Below, piece by piece: positions 7,987-17,685 of a stretch of DNA of 36,290 bases (position 1 is the stretch's first letter; every line of letters begins with the position of its first letter). The notes beneath the pieces are model-generated. The model was not told the DNA's origin and did no database searches. It worked only from the letters and a program-made list of their open reading frames with translations. The position numbers and the translations under genes were made by a program. The DNA lies in contig JAADGS010000065.1 of the NCBI GenBank assembly GCA_013152275.1, positions 1 through 36,290 of the forward strand. The letters are read 5' to 3'. This stretch comes from Actinomycetota bacterium (GTDB taxonomy: Bacteria > Actinomycetota > Acidimicrobiia > Spongiisociales > UBA4744).

Positions 7987-10119
7987 GTGAAGAGGGAACT
8001 GGGGCTCTACTCGGTCATCACGATCAGCCTTGGTGCGATGATCGGCTCCGGCATCTTCGTGTTGCCGGGCCTGGCGGCCAAGATCGCCGGACCTGCCGTC
8101 ATTCTCGCCTACGTCCTTGCAGGAGTCGTCGTGCTCCCTGCAGCACTGTCGAAAGCGGAGATGGCCACGGCCATGCCGGAGGCGGGAGGAACCTACGTGT
8201 TCATCGACAAGGCGATGGGCCCGCTCATGGGCACGGTGGCCGGCCTGGGCGTCTGGTTTTCACTGATCTTCAAAGCTGCCTTCTCCCTTGTCGGGCTGGG
8301 AGCGTATCTCGCGATGTTCTCGGACGCACCGGTGAAACCGGTGGCTCTGGCCTTGGCCGGCGCCCTGATCGTCATCAACATCGCCGGAGTCAAGCAGACT
8401 GCAGGAGTCCAGAAGACGGTTGTGACCGGTGTCCTTCTCATGCTGGGTTTCTTCATCGCCAGGGGTATCCCCCACGTGGACGTCGCCAATCTCCAACCTT
8501 TCCTTGGCGAAGGCTTCGAGGGTCTGATCGTGGCGACCGGAGTGATCTTCGTTTCGTATGCCGGGGTCACCAAGGTGGCGAGCATCGCCGAAGAGATCAA
8601 AGATCCCGGTCGGACGATTCCGCGCGGCATCTTGGGCAGCGTTGCGCTCATGATGCTCATCTACCCGGTGGTCGTCTTGGTGATGGTCGGTGTGGTCGGG
8701 TCCGGCGAACTGGCCGGAACGGTCGTGCCCATGGCCGATGCCGCCCGTGCATTCCTTGGGGAGGTCGGCGTCGACGTCGTGTCGGCGATGGCGGTGCTTG
8801 CACTGATCAGCATGGCCAACGCGGGTCTTCTCGCCTCTTCTCGCTACCCGTTCGCCATGAGCCGGAATGCCCTGGCGCCCAGCGTGCTCCAACGACTGTC
8901 CAGACGCTCGACACCGTTTGTCAGCATTGCGGTGACGGGGTCGGTGATGCTGTTACTCGTTGCCTTCGTTCCCCTCTTGGAACTGGCCAAACTGGCCAGC
9001 GCCTTCCAGCTCCTGGTGTTCTCCTTCGTCAATGTGGCTCTGATCGCGTTTCGCGAGAGCCTCGTGGACTGGTATCGGCCAACATTCAGATCACCCCTGT
9101 ATCCATGGATACAGATCTTCGGAATCGTCGCCTCATTCGGGCTGCTCACACAGCTCGGCCTCGTACCGCTGGTCGGCGCCGCCGGGATCATCGTCGGGGG
9201 ATTCGTCTGGTATCGGGTGTTCGGGCGATCGCGGGTCAGCAAGCAGAGCGCATCGCTCGACGCGCTGCGAGTTCGCACGACCGCAGGTTTGGTCGAGAAG
9301 ACGAGAGAAAGGTTGCACTCGCCGGGGGCCTCGAGCCTGCTCGTCGTCTTCCATCATGGGGCAACTCCCGATCGGGAGCGGGCGGTCATGGGTATCGGAC
9401 TCCGGTTCCTCGAACCGGGTGGGCGGTTGTCGGTTGCCCATATCGAGACGCAGGACGTTGGTCAAACGGTGCCGGTTCCCGATCTGCCGGCCGGTGCAGA
9501 AGAACTGGACGTCGACGAGCACCAGACGCGTCTTCGGCGGGGGGCGCTGATGGACCTCGTTGCACAGCGTTCCCCCGAACTCGTCCTGGTCGAGATACCT
9601 CCTGAAAGCCGCCGGACCCGCCAGTACATTGCAGATGCCAGGTGGCTGCGGGAACACGCCGACGCTTCGGTGCTGTTCTTCCACTACCGGGGGATCCGCG
9701 AAGTGAACACGATCGTGATCATGGGTTCCGGCGGCCCTGCGGATGTCGACAAGATCTCCCTTGCACATCGCCTCGCCGAACATGACGACGCAACGCTGCG
9801 GTTGGTCCACATCCTCGACGAGGCGGCATCCGAAGCGGAAGTTGCGTCGGTTCGCAACTACCACCTCCAGCTGAGCAACCTGACCGAAGTTCGCATAGAG
9901 AGCCGCGTGGAGCGATCTGCAGATCTGTTCGGCAATCTCGACCGTTGGACCGAAGGTGCGGACCTGGTGATTCTCGGGGCTGCGGCACACCCTTCCGCGC
10001 ACTTCGATCTGTCGGATCGCATCGCCGGTTCGATTCGACATCCGGTGCTGACCGTGTCGCCTCGCGTGGCGCACCGCAAGACCATGGGCCGGCGCGTCCT
10101 CGAGCGCATCATCTACTGA
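7987..10119 (+). CDS. APC-family amino acid permease fused to C-terminal universal-stress-protein-like domains
   Basis: KRELGL...GAMIGSGIFVLPG, AEMATAMPEAGG, AEEIKDP, about 12 TM; tail has USP features (LRLVHIL, ADLVILGA, HPVLTV); exact start uncertain, and the 6715 extension is antisense to clcA. Confidence 0.88.
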   Translation: MKRELGLYSVITISLGAMIGSGIFVLPGLAAKIAGPAVILAYVLAGVVVLPAALSKAEMATAMPEAGGTYVFIDKAMGPLMGTVAGLGVWFSLIFKAAFSLVGLGAYLAMFSDAPVKPVALALAGALIVINIAGVKQTAGVQKTVVTGVLLMLGFFIARGIPHVDVANLQPFLGEGFEGLIVATGVIFVSYAGVTKVASIAEEIKDPGRTIPRGILGSVALMMLIYPVVVLVMVGVVGSGELAGTVVPMADAARAFLGEVGVDVVSAMAVLALISMANAGLLASSRYPFAMSRNALAPSVLQRLSRRSTPFVSIAVTGSVMLLLVAFVPLLELAKLASAFQLLVFSFVNVALIAFRESLVDWYRPTFRSPLYPWIQIFGIVASFGLLTQLGLVPLVGAAGIIVGGFVWYRVFGRSRVSKQSASLDALRVRTTAGLVEKTRERLHSPGASSLLVVFHHGATPDRERAVMGIGLRFLEPGGRLSVAHIETQDVGQTVPVPDLPAGAEELDVDEHQTRLRRGALMDLVAQRSPELVLVEIPPESRRTRQYIADARWLREHADASVLFFHYRGIREVNTIVIMGSGGPADVDKISLAHRLAEHDDATLRLVHILDEAASEAEVASVRNYHLQLSNLTEVRIESRVERSADLFGNLDRWTEGADLVILGAAAHPSAHFDLSDRIAGSIRHPVLTVSPRVAHRKTMGRRVLERIIY

Positions 10120-10151
10120 CGGTTCCGCGCCGAAGTTCTTAGGCTGTGGGT

Positions 10152-11163
10152 GTGAACGATGTCTGGAACATCATCCGACCCTTGCCGGCCGTCTCGAGAG
10201 CCGTCCTGCGGCGCGTCGTGCGTCGGCTGTTGTGTGGCCCGGCGGTTGCATCGTGGAGCTGGGGTGTGGAGCTGCGGGTCGTTGCCCTGCGGGCCTTCGT
10301 GGCCGCCGAGGCCGGGCAGGCAAGCGGGCAAGGTCACCGACGGTTTGAAGAGCGGCTCGATCCTGCCCTTCCGCGTAGGCTGCGCGGACTCGTGGAAGTC
10401 GAGCGGGGCGAGGTCGGCGGAGTGCCCGGCGAGTGGGTGCGGAGGACCGGATTCGACGATACGACCACACTGCTGTATCTGCACGGTGGAGCCTATGTCA
10501 AGGGAAACCCGGCGACTCATCGGCGGNNNNNNCCGCCTCACGTGGGCTGCGGCGACCAGGACATTCGTGCTCGACTACCGGCTCGCTCCCGAGCACCGCT
10601 TTCCGGCCGCCCTCGATGACGCGATCGCAGCATATGAAGATCTCGTCTCTTCGGGGATCCGCCCCGAGTCGCTGTTCGTCGCAGGCGACTCGGCCGGCGG
10701 GGGGCTCGCCTGCGCGCTGCTGCTGCGGCTGAGGGATGAGGGACGTTCACTTCCGGCAGGGGCAATCCTGTTCTCGCCCTACACGGACCTGGAGCATACG
10801 GGAGCTTCGATCGTCGCCAATGCCGCCACCGACTACCTTCCCCTCACGATGGGAAACGCACGGTCCGACACCCTCTACCTTGGTGATCACGATCCCCGAG
10901 ATCCGCTGGCGTCACCGATGTACGGTGATTTCACCGGGCTGCCACCGCTGTTGATCTTCGCCGGGAGTTGCGAGATGATCCTCGACGATTCGATTCGTCT
11001 TGCCGAGAAGGCGAGACGAGATGGCGCACGAGTCACGTTGCACATCGAGCCGGACATGATGCACGTCTGGCCGGCGATCGTCCCGAGACATCCTGCGAGT
11101 CTGAGAGCGCTGGCCATCACCGCCGAGTTCGTGAGGCACCCGCAGACGACGCCCTCCGGCTGA
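10152..11163 (+). CDS. HSL-family alpha/beta hydrolase (esterase/lactonase), interrupted by an assembly gap at 10527-10532
   Basis: LYLHGGAY before the gap; DYRLAPEH, GDSAGG, E..LDDS, MMHVW after it in another frame; TAGGCT -10 box 6 nt before GTG 10152. Confidence 0.88.
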
Positions 11164-11304
11164 TGTCTGATGCGTGCCGGGAGCGTCTCACCTCGTCCTG
11201 CCGGCCTGGACCGTAACCGCTCCATATGTGTGCTCATGCTCGATCGGGAGCGAGCCCTCCGCCGAGAGTGCCTCGAGCCGATCGAGGGACCGGCTTCATA
11301 CCGC

Positions 11305-11353
11305 AGTTTCGTCAATGCCGGCAGCAGTATGTGCGGCCGGCATCGACGAAACT
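11305..11353. terminator. Long stem-loop between convergent genes
   Basis: agtttcgtc-a-atgccggc ... gccggcat-c-gacgaaact; a second inverted repeat ctcgatcgg/ccgatcgag at about 11239-11286. Confidence 0.6.
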
Positions 11354-11354
11354 C

Positions 11355-11873
11355 CTAGTTCAAGATCTCCGCTTCGAACCGGTAGAGACGGACCGGTTCG
11401 TTCTCCCCGATGAACGCCTTGCGTTTGGTGACCTCGACCTGCTGCCTGGCGGTCACGATTCCCGGTATGGCGGGGAGGAGAAGGGCCCGGCGTCCGGTGC
11501 GGCTCTCGACGATGATCCCGTACCGTGACGGATCGAGGTCGTCGATGCTATCGACCGGAACGGGAGGATCCAGCAGATAGACGGTTACCTGGAGATCGTC
11601 GACATCTTCGGCGCGAATGGGGGGAAACCGCGGATCGGATGTCGCTGCATTCACTGCCTGATGCACGATCTCGGCGCACAGGCTGGGCTGCGAGGGAACG
11701 ATGCTGCCGACACAGCCCCGTAATCCTCCCTCGTCGGCGCCATGTTCATGGAGGGAGACGAAGACCCCCTGGGCAGGTCTGTCGTCGGGCCGTCCGGAGA
11801 CGTCCAGAAGCTTTCCGGTGGCGAGATAGTGACGAATCGCGTCTCTCGCCAGTGTGACGTACGGATGCTCCAT
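11355..11873 (-). CDS. amrA: AMMECR1 domain protein (AmmeMemoRadiSam system protein A-like)
   Basis: GVFVSL, LRGCVG, AATSDPRF, YGIIV, ALLLP, LYRFEA motifs. Confidence 0.9.
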   Translation of the reverse strand: MEHPYVTLARDAIRHYLATGKLLDVSGRPDDRPAQGVFVSLHEHGADEGGLRGCVGSIVPSQPSLCAEIVHQAVNAATSDPRFPPIRAEDVDDLQVTVYLLDPPVPVDSIDDLDPSRYGIIVESRTGRRALLLPAIPGIVTARQQVEVTKRKAFIGENEPVRLYRFEAEILN

Positions 11874-12216
11874 GTATCGAACGATACACCTCGTCTCCGA
11901 AGGCCTGCCAGAACCGGCTCATGGCTGCGATCGACGATTCTGAAGGTGCTCTCCCCGAACCTTGGGAGGCATACCACCATAAGTATTCGTTCACGGCGGC
12001 CACCACCCCGATTTGGGGCATTGGTACGCGGTGCACCCGTCTGGGCACGGAGTGCTTCTGCCAGGATTCACTCAGGCAGAAGCTGTCGTGTGACGGTTCG
12101 AATCGGCCGAGACGGACCCAGGGACCGAATTGTGGTGCCGACACGAGGTGTACGTGTTTTTTTTGCCTCGTGATATGACGTCGTGTGCAAGGTGTTGTGT
12201 CCTACTCTGAAGGTTC

Positions 12217-14241
12217 GTGGCATACACGCATCGACATCGCCGATTGGTCCGTTCGGGCAACGTAACCGCGATGATGGTGGTGGCCGGTATCGTCGGAGCG
12301 GGATCGGGCCTTGGGGCGGTCATTCTCATCAAGTCGATCGACTACATCACGGCGGCCTTGGCTCGTCTGGGCGAGTTCATCCCGTTGCCGCAACTGTTGC
12401 CCCTTGTGGTGATTCCGGCAGCACTCCTGACATCATGGTGGCTCACCAAGACCTTTGCGCCGGAAGCAGCCGGTCACGGGGTTCCACAGATTCTCGCGGC
12501 GATCACGGCTGCAGGGGGCAATATCCGCTGGATCGTCGGTCCACTCAAGGTCATCGCTTCTGCGATCACGATTGGGGCCGGCGGCACCGCCGGGCGGGAA
12601 GGCCCGATTGCCCAGATCGGCGCGGGGCTTGGATCGTTCGTCGGTCGAAAACTTCGACTCTCCGAAGGGGATCTCATCAGCTTGGTCGCCGCGGGTGCAG
12701 GTGCCGGGATCGCTGCGACGTTCAACGCTCCCATCGCCGGGATGTTCTTCGCGATGGAGGTGATCCTTGGAAGCTTCTCGGTTCGACATTTGCACACGGT
12801 GGTCGTTGCGACGGTCGCCGGTGCGGTCGTGAGCCACAGCATTCTTGGTGAGGGGCTCACGTTCGTCGTGCGTCCGCACTCGCTCGGACATCCGACGGAG
12901 CTGCTCGCCTATGCAGCCCTCGGGGTGCTCACGGTGGCCGGTGGGCTCGTGCTGCTCTGGTCGCTGGACTTCTGGGAGGAAAAGCCGAATCTGCTGATCG
13001 GCTGGCGCCGTCCACTCCTGCTTTCCTTCGCCGTCGCCATCCCCGTGGCAGTCTTCCCCGAGATCGCCGGGACGGGGCAGGCATTCATCTCCAAGATCCT
13101 GAATGGGCAGGTGAGCATTGCATGGTGGCTCCTCGTGATTCTCGCCGTCATCAAGCCCATCGCCACGGGAGCGACCTTCGGTGCACGAGGATCCGGCGGG
13201 ATCTTCATGCCGAGCCTCTTCATCGGTGCCGCACTCGGATCCAGCTTCGCCCACGTAGTCGGCTCGGTCTGGAGCATCTCGACGCTGCAGCCGGAGGCGT
13301 TTGCGCTCGTCGGCATGGCGGCGGCCTTCACCGCGGTGGCGAGAGCACCGTTGACGGCCATCCTGATCGTGTTCGAGGTCACGGGCGACTACGGGCTGGT
13401 GCTGCCGTTGATGGTTGCCGTCGCGGTCGCGATGCTCCTGGCTCCTCGCCTCTACCCCGAGAGTGCCTACACGAAACCGTTGACCAGGATGGGTATCCAG
13501 GTGACACGCGGGGGAGAGATCGATCTTCTGGATTCGGTACGGGTCGGGGAGGCCATGACCAAGAAGAACATGGTGGCACATCAAGACCTCACGCTGGCCG
13601 AGCTGCAGGGCGTCCTGGATCGCGGGAGGCACCACGGCGTTCCGGTCGTCGACGACGAGGGGCACCTGGTGGGTATCGTGACGGTCACCGACATTCTGCG
13701 GGCAGGGGGACCGTCCGATCAGGTCACCGTCCGGGAGGCGATGACTCCCAACCCGGTCACCGTGACTCCCGAGACGCCGGCATCGGAGGCACTCGAACGG
13801 ATGGCTGCACTCGGTGTGGGTCGGATTCCGGTCGTCGACAGTGGGGACCCGCGACACCTCGTGGGCATGTTCCGAAGAGAGGATGCGGTCAACGCCTACC
13901 ATCGGGCGAGGGGGGCCGCCGCCCGACAGGCCGCCGAGCGAGAGCATCTCCGGTTGCGGACGAGGATCGGGGCACACTTCTTCGATTTCGTCATCCCCGC
14001 CAACTCGATGGCGGTTGGACGCCAGGTCAAGGAGATCCCATGGCCCGAGGGGTGCCTCGCCGTGTCGGTCGTTCGGGAGGGAGAAGTCCTCGTCGCCCAA
14101 GGCGCAACGGTTCTCCAGGCGGGCGATCGCGTGACCTGCTTCGGGGACGATCGAATGCGTGAGAGGCTGCTGCAACGACTGCGGCCTGAAGAGCCGGACG
14201 CGAAGCCTCCCGGGGGAGGTTCCACATCCGGCTCCGAGTGA
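12217..14241 (+). CDS. ClC family chloride channel/transporter with CBS pair and TrkA-C (RCK_C) domain
   Basis: GHGVP, GREGP, FNAPIAG, SGGIFMP, ARAPLT; two CBS repeats (VPVVD...LVGIVT; IPVVD...LVGMF); C-terminal AVGRQVKEI...VVREG...TVLQAGDRV. Confidence 0.92.
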   Translation: MAYTHRHRRLVRSGNVTAMMVVAGIVGAGSGLGAVILIKSIDYITAALARLGEFIPLPQLLPLVVIPAALLTSWWLTKTFAPEAAGHGVPQILAAITAAGGNIRWIVGPLKVIASAITIGAGGTAGREGPIAQIGAGLGSFVGRKLRLSEGDLISLVAAGAGAGIAATFNAPIAGMFFAMEVILGSFSVRHLHTVVVATVAGAVVSHSILGEGLTFVVRPHSLGHPTELLAYAALGVLTVAGGLVLLWSLDFWEEKPNLLIGWRRPLLLSFAVAIPVAVFPEIAGTGQAFISKILNGQVSIAWWLLVILAVIKPIATGATFGARGSGGIFMPSLFIGAALGSSFAHVVGSVWSISTLQPEAFALVGMAAAFTAVARAPLTAILIVFEVTGDYGLVLPLMVAVAVAMLLAPRLYPESAYTKPLTRMGIQVTRGGEIDLLDSVRVGEAMTKKNMVAHQDLTLAELQGVLDRGRHHGVPVVDDEGHLVGIVTVTDILRAGGPSDQVTVREAMTPNPVTVTPETPASEALERMAALGVGRIPVVDSGDPRHLVGMFRREDAVNAYHRARGAAARQAAEREHLRLRTRIGAHFFDFVIPANSMAVGRQVKEIPWPEGCLAVSVVREGEVLVAQGATVLQAGDRVTCFGDDRMRERLLQRLRPEEPDAKPPGGGSTSGSE

Positions 14242-14263
14242 AGGCGCTCCTACCGGGCGCGGT

Positions 14264-15340
<1,077 letters not shown>

Positions 15341-15415
15341 GATCGCTTCCCTTATTTCGTTCAGAGGGGCAAAGGCTACGAGCATGCGAGCGCTTCGAGC
15401 CCCGAAAGGCCTGAT

Positions 15416-15443
15416 TCTCAGCCGGTTCTACTGAGATTCTTAG
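15416..15443. promoter_or_regulatory. Three TCTCAG-like hexamers at 11-bp period upstream of htrA (MprA-like boxes)
   Basis: TCTCAG 15416, TCTACT 15427, TCTTAG 15438. Confidence 0.55.
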
Positions 15444-15483
15444 CATGTCTTCACGTTGGCGGCTCGTCTCGTTCACGGACTCA

Positions 15484-15549
15484 CGTATCTCGTATTTCGT
15501 ATTTCGTATTTCGTACTTTGACAGAGGAGCGGTACAGGACCGTGGGGCG
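15484..15549 (+). repeat. Heptamer tandem repeat (cgtattt x5) joined to a divergent copy of the dispersed repeat
   Basis: cgtatct cgtattt cgtattt cgtattt cgtactt (15484-15518), then caggaccgtggggcg as in the copies at 19-64 and 17572-17617. Confidence 0.75.
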
Positions 15550-15688
15550 GGTGTGACGGCTCAGGCGCAGCCCTCCCGTCGCCACTGGTGCGCCGAGGCG
15601 GAGAGGCCCACGAGCGGCGACATGCGGTCGTTGAGCAGCGTGTCAGGTGTTGCTTGGCGGGGTGGGAGTCCCGAGTAGCATCCTGTCG

Positions 15689-16423
15689 GTGTCCGTGCCA
15701 ACCATCCTGCTGCTGCTCGTCACCGGACTGGTTGCCGGCTTCATCAATACGGTTGCCGGAGGCGGGTCGGTCATCGCTCTGCCGGTGCTCGTCGAGGTCG
15801 TAGGTGCGAGCGTGGCCAACGGCACGAACCGTGTTGCCATCCTGATGCAGAACATTGTTGGCGCGGCGTCGTTTCACCGTGGTGGCAAGGTGCCATGGAA
15901 GTTCGTTGGCGTGCTCCTCGGACCGCTCATCGCGGGGGCTGCCGCCGGAGCGTGGGTGGCGACGTTGGTGCCCGCCGAGGTCATGAAGAAGATCTTCGGT
16001 CTGGTCATCATCCTGGTGGCGCTGTCGGTACTCGTCCGACCGTCACGCTGGATGCGCGAAGGTGAGTCCAAGTTGAAGGAGCCGTGGAGAAGCCTCGCTT
16101 TCTTCGGGATCGGCTTGTATGGAGGATTCGTTCAGGCCGGTGTCGGCTTTCTGCTGCTCGCCGGCCTCGTTCTCGGCGGCGGACTCGGTCTGGTTCGCGG
16201 AAACGCGGCGAAGGTGGTGGCAGTCCTCGTCTACACCCCGGTCACGTTGCTCTTGTTCGCGAGAGCCTCGCAGGTCGATCTCGGCGTGGGTCTGGTTCTT
16301 GGTGTGGGCAACATGGGCGGGGCTCTCATCGCTTCGCGCCTGGCGATCAAGAAGGGCGCGGGCTGGATCCGATGGGTGCTGGTGGTCGCCGCCGTCGCGG
16401 CAGCGACCAGGATGTTGTTCTGA
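15689..16423 (+). CDS. Sulfite exporter TauE/SafE (TSUP) family permease
   Basis: AGFINTVAGGGS, ANGTNR, GLYGGFVQAGVG; GTG start 7 nt after TAGCAT. Confidence 0.9.
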   Translation: MSVPTILLLLVTGLVAGFINTVAGGGSVIALPVLVEVVGASVANGTNRVAILMQNIVGAASFHRGGKVPWKFVGVLLGPLIAGAAAGAWVATLVPAEVMKKIFGLVIILVALSVLVRPSRWMREGESKLKEPWRSLAFFGIGLYGGFVQAGVGFLLLAGLVLGGGLGLVRGNAAKVVAVLVYTPVTLLLFARASQVDLGVGLVLGVGNMGGALIASRLAIKKGAGWIRWVLVVAAVAAATRMLF

Positions 16424-16495
16424 ACCATCCGGGCCGTGACACGGATCAGATCCTGATTCTCGTCACCTGGACGATGGCAGGAGGCGATGGTCGGC

Positions 16496-17020
16496 CTACT
16501 TGCGGATCCTCGATGCTCGTCGGGCCCGGATCTTTGGCGTTGTGACGTCTTCGATCGTGACGAACGCGTGCGGGTTGATCGAGCGAACGATCGACAGCAC
16601 CTCCTTGGCCCGCCTGCGAGGGATGACGGTGAATGCGAGGCGAACATCGCCCTTCTTGCCTTCCGCGTTCACCACGGTCACCCCGTATCCGGCGTCTCTG
16701 AGCGCAGGGGCGACCTCCGGGGTCTCGAACGGTGTGATGACGCGCATGACACTCTTGCCCAGGGCGATCTTGCGCTCGATCGTGGAACCGAGGACGGTCC
16801 CTGCTCCGAAACCCGCCGCGAACGCCACCAGCCGCACCGGTGAGTCGAGATTGGAGAAGACGAGTCCTGCGGCGATCGCCCATGTCAGCGATTCGAAGAA
16901 TCCCAAGAGGCCCGCGATCCACCGCTCACCTCGAACCACCATGACGATGCGGACGGCTCCGATGGAAACATCGATCAGGCGCAGCCCGAAGATCAGGAGG
17001 GCACCGAGGAACAAGGACAT
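16496..17020 (-). CDS. UPF0316 / DUF2179-DUF5698 type membrane protein
   Basis: RLIDVSIGAVR, GFFE, AAGFGAGT..G..IE...ALG, LRDAGYGVT, P.AFVTIED. Confidence 0.88.
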   Translation of the reverse strand: MSLFLGALLIFGLRLIDVSIGAVRIVMVVRGERWIAGLLGFFESLTWAIAAGLVFSNLDSPVRLVAFAAGFGAGTVLGSTIERKIALGKSVMRVITPFETPEVAPALRDAGYGVTVVNAEGKKGDVRLAFTVIPRRRAKEVLSIVRSINPHAFVTIEDVTTPKIRARRASRIRK

Positions 17021-17076
17021 GGAGCGCAGTCTATCGCTTGGGCCGTTCTGGCTCCGTCTGCAATCATGGCGGCCTC

Positions 17077-17541
17077 ATGAGATACCGATTCGTGCTCCTG
17101 GCAGTCGTCTTCGCCATGTTTGTCTCCGCGTGCTCGAGCGGGTCGGCGGAGACAGTGGCTGCAACGTTCCCTCCGCCGACCCGAGTGGCAGGCTGCGGCG
17201 ACGTCTCCTTCATCATCCCGGCATCGTCGGACGCGACCGTCATGATGGGAAGGGTGTACATGTTTCTCAAGGAGGAGAAGCCCCAGATCGTGGGCACGCA
17301 GTTCGACGCGACCCTGCTCCAGATCACCAGAAAGGGCGGGTTCGATTTGATCACCGTGCAGTTCAGCGGGGACCTCGGGCTGATGCTCTTCGTTCAGGAG
17401 CCCGGCGGCGTGTTGCACATCGGCTGGGAGGGGCTCGCCCCGAGTCAGGAGGAACTCCGCGCACATCTGGCCGCGACCTATCCGAACCTTCCTCCCGACC
17501 TGATCCAGTGCCATGATCTGAGCTACTTCATCGCCGGGTAA
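17077..17541 (+). CDS. Hypothetical lipoprotein
   Basis: MRYRF + hydrophobic stretch + lipobox VSAC; GC3-rich codons; fills the gap between neighbours. Confidence 0.75.
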   Translation: MRYRFVLLAVVFAMFVSACSSGSAETVAATFPPPTRVAGCGDVSFIIPASSDATVMMGRVYMFLKEEKPQIVGTQFDATLLQITRKGGFDLITVQFSGDLGLMLFVQEPGGVLHIGWEGLAPSQEELRAHLAATYPNLPPDLIQCHDLSYFIAG

Positions 17542-17571
17542 CACCTGGCCGGTATCTGCTTGCTTCGTAGT

Positions 17572-17617
17572 TCGCACTTCGTGGTGCGACGCGGCGGCGA
17601 TGCAGGACCGCGGGGCG
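17572..17617 (+). repeat. Dispersed ~46-bp intergenic repeat, copy B
   Basis: 40/46 identical to 19-64; starts within heptamers ttcgtag ttcgcac ttcgtgg. Confidence 0.75.
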
Positions 17618-17685
17618 CGTGTGGCCCGTCGGGCATCTTCATATCGACCTTCCTGATAGGGTGCGCACCGAAGGAGGGTGCGGAC

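Noticed and set aside
10500..10560. Apparent frameshift or pseudogene in the HSL esterase
   Set aside because: The frame change coincides with a 6-N assembly gap, and catalytic motifs are intact on both sides
11930..12000. Possible fluoride riboswitch upstream of the ClC gene (ggtgctctccccgaacc)
   Set aside because: It lacks the 5' GGnGAUG and 3' GCUGAUGAC elements, and neither ClC has the CLC-F motifs (GNNLI/GREGT/GEVTP)
11921..12178. 85-aa Cys-rich ORF as a RiPP precursor or metal-binding protein
   Set aside because: No SD or -10 support, atypical codons, runs through hairpins and a T8 tract, and no modifying enzymes nearby
15484..15518. CRISPR array or similar repeat-spacer structure
   Set aside because: A simple 7-bp tandem repeat without spacers; no cas genes in the window
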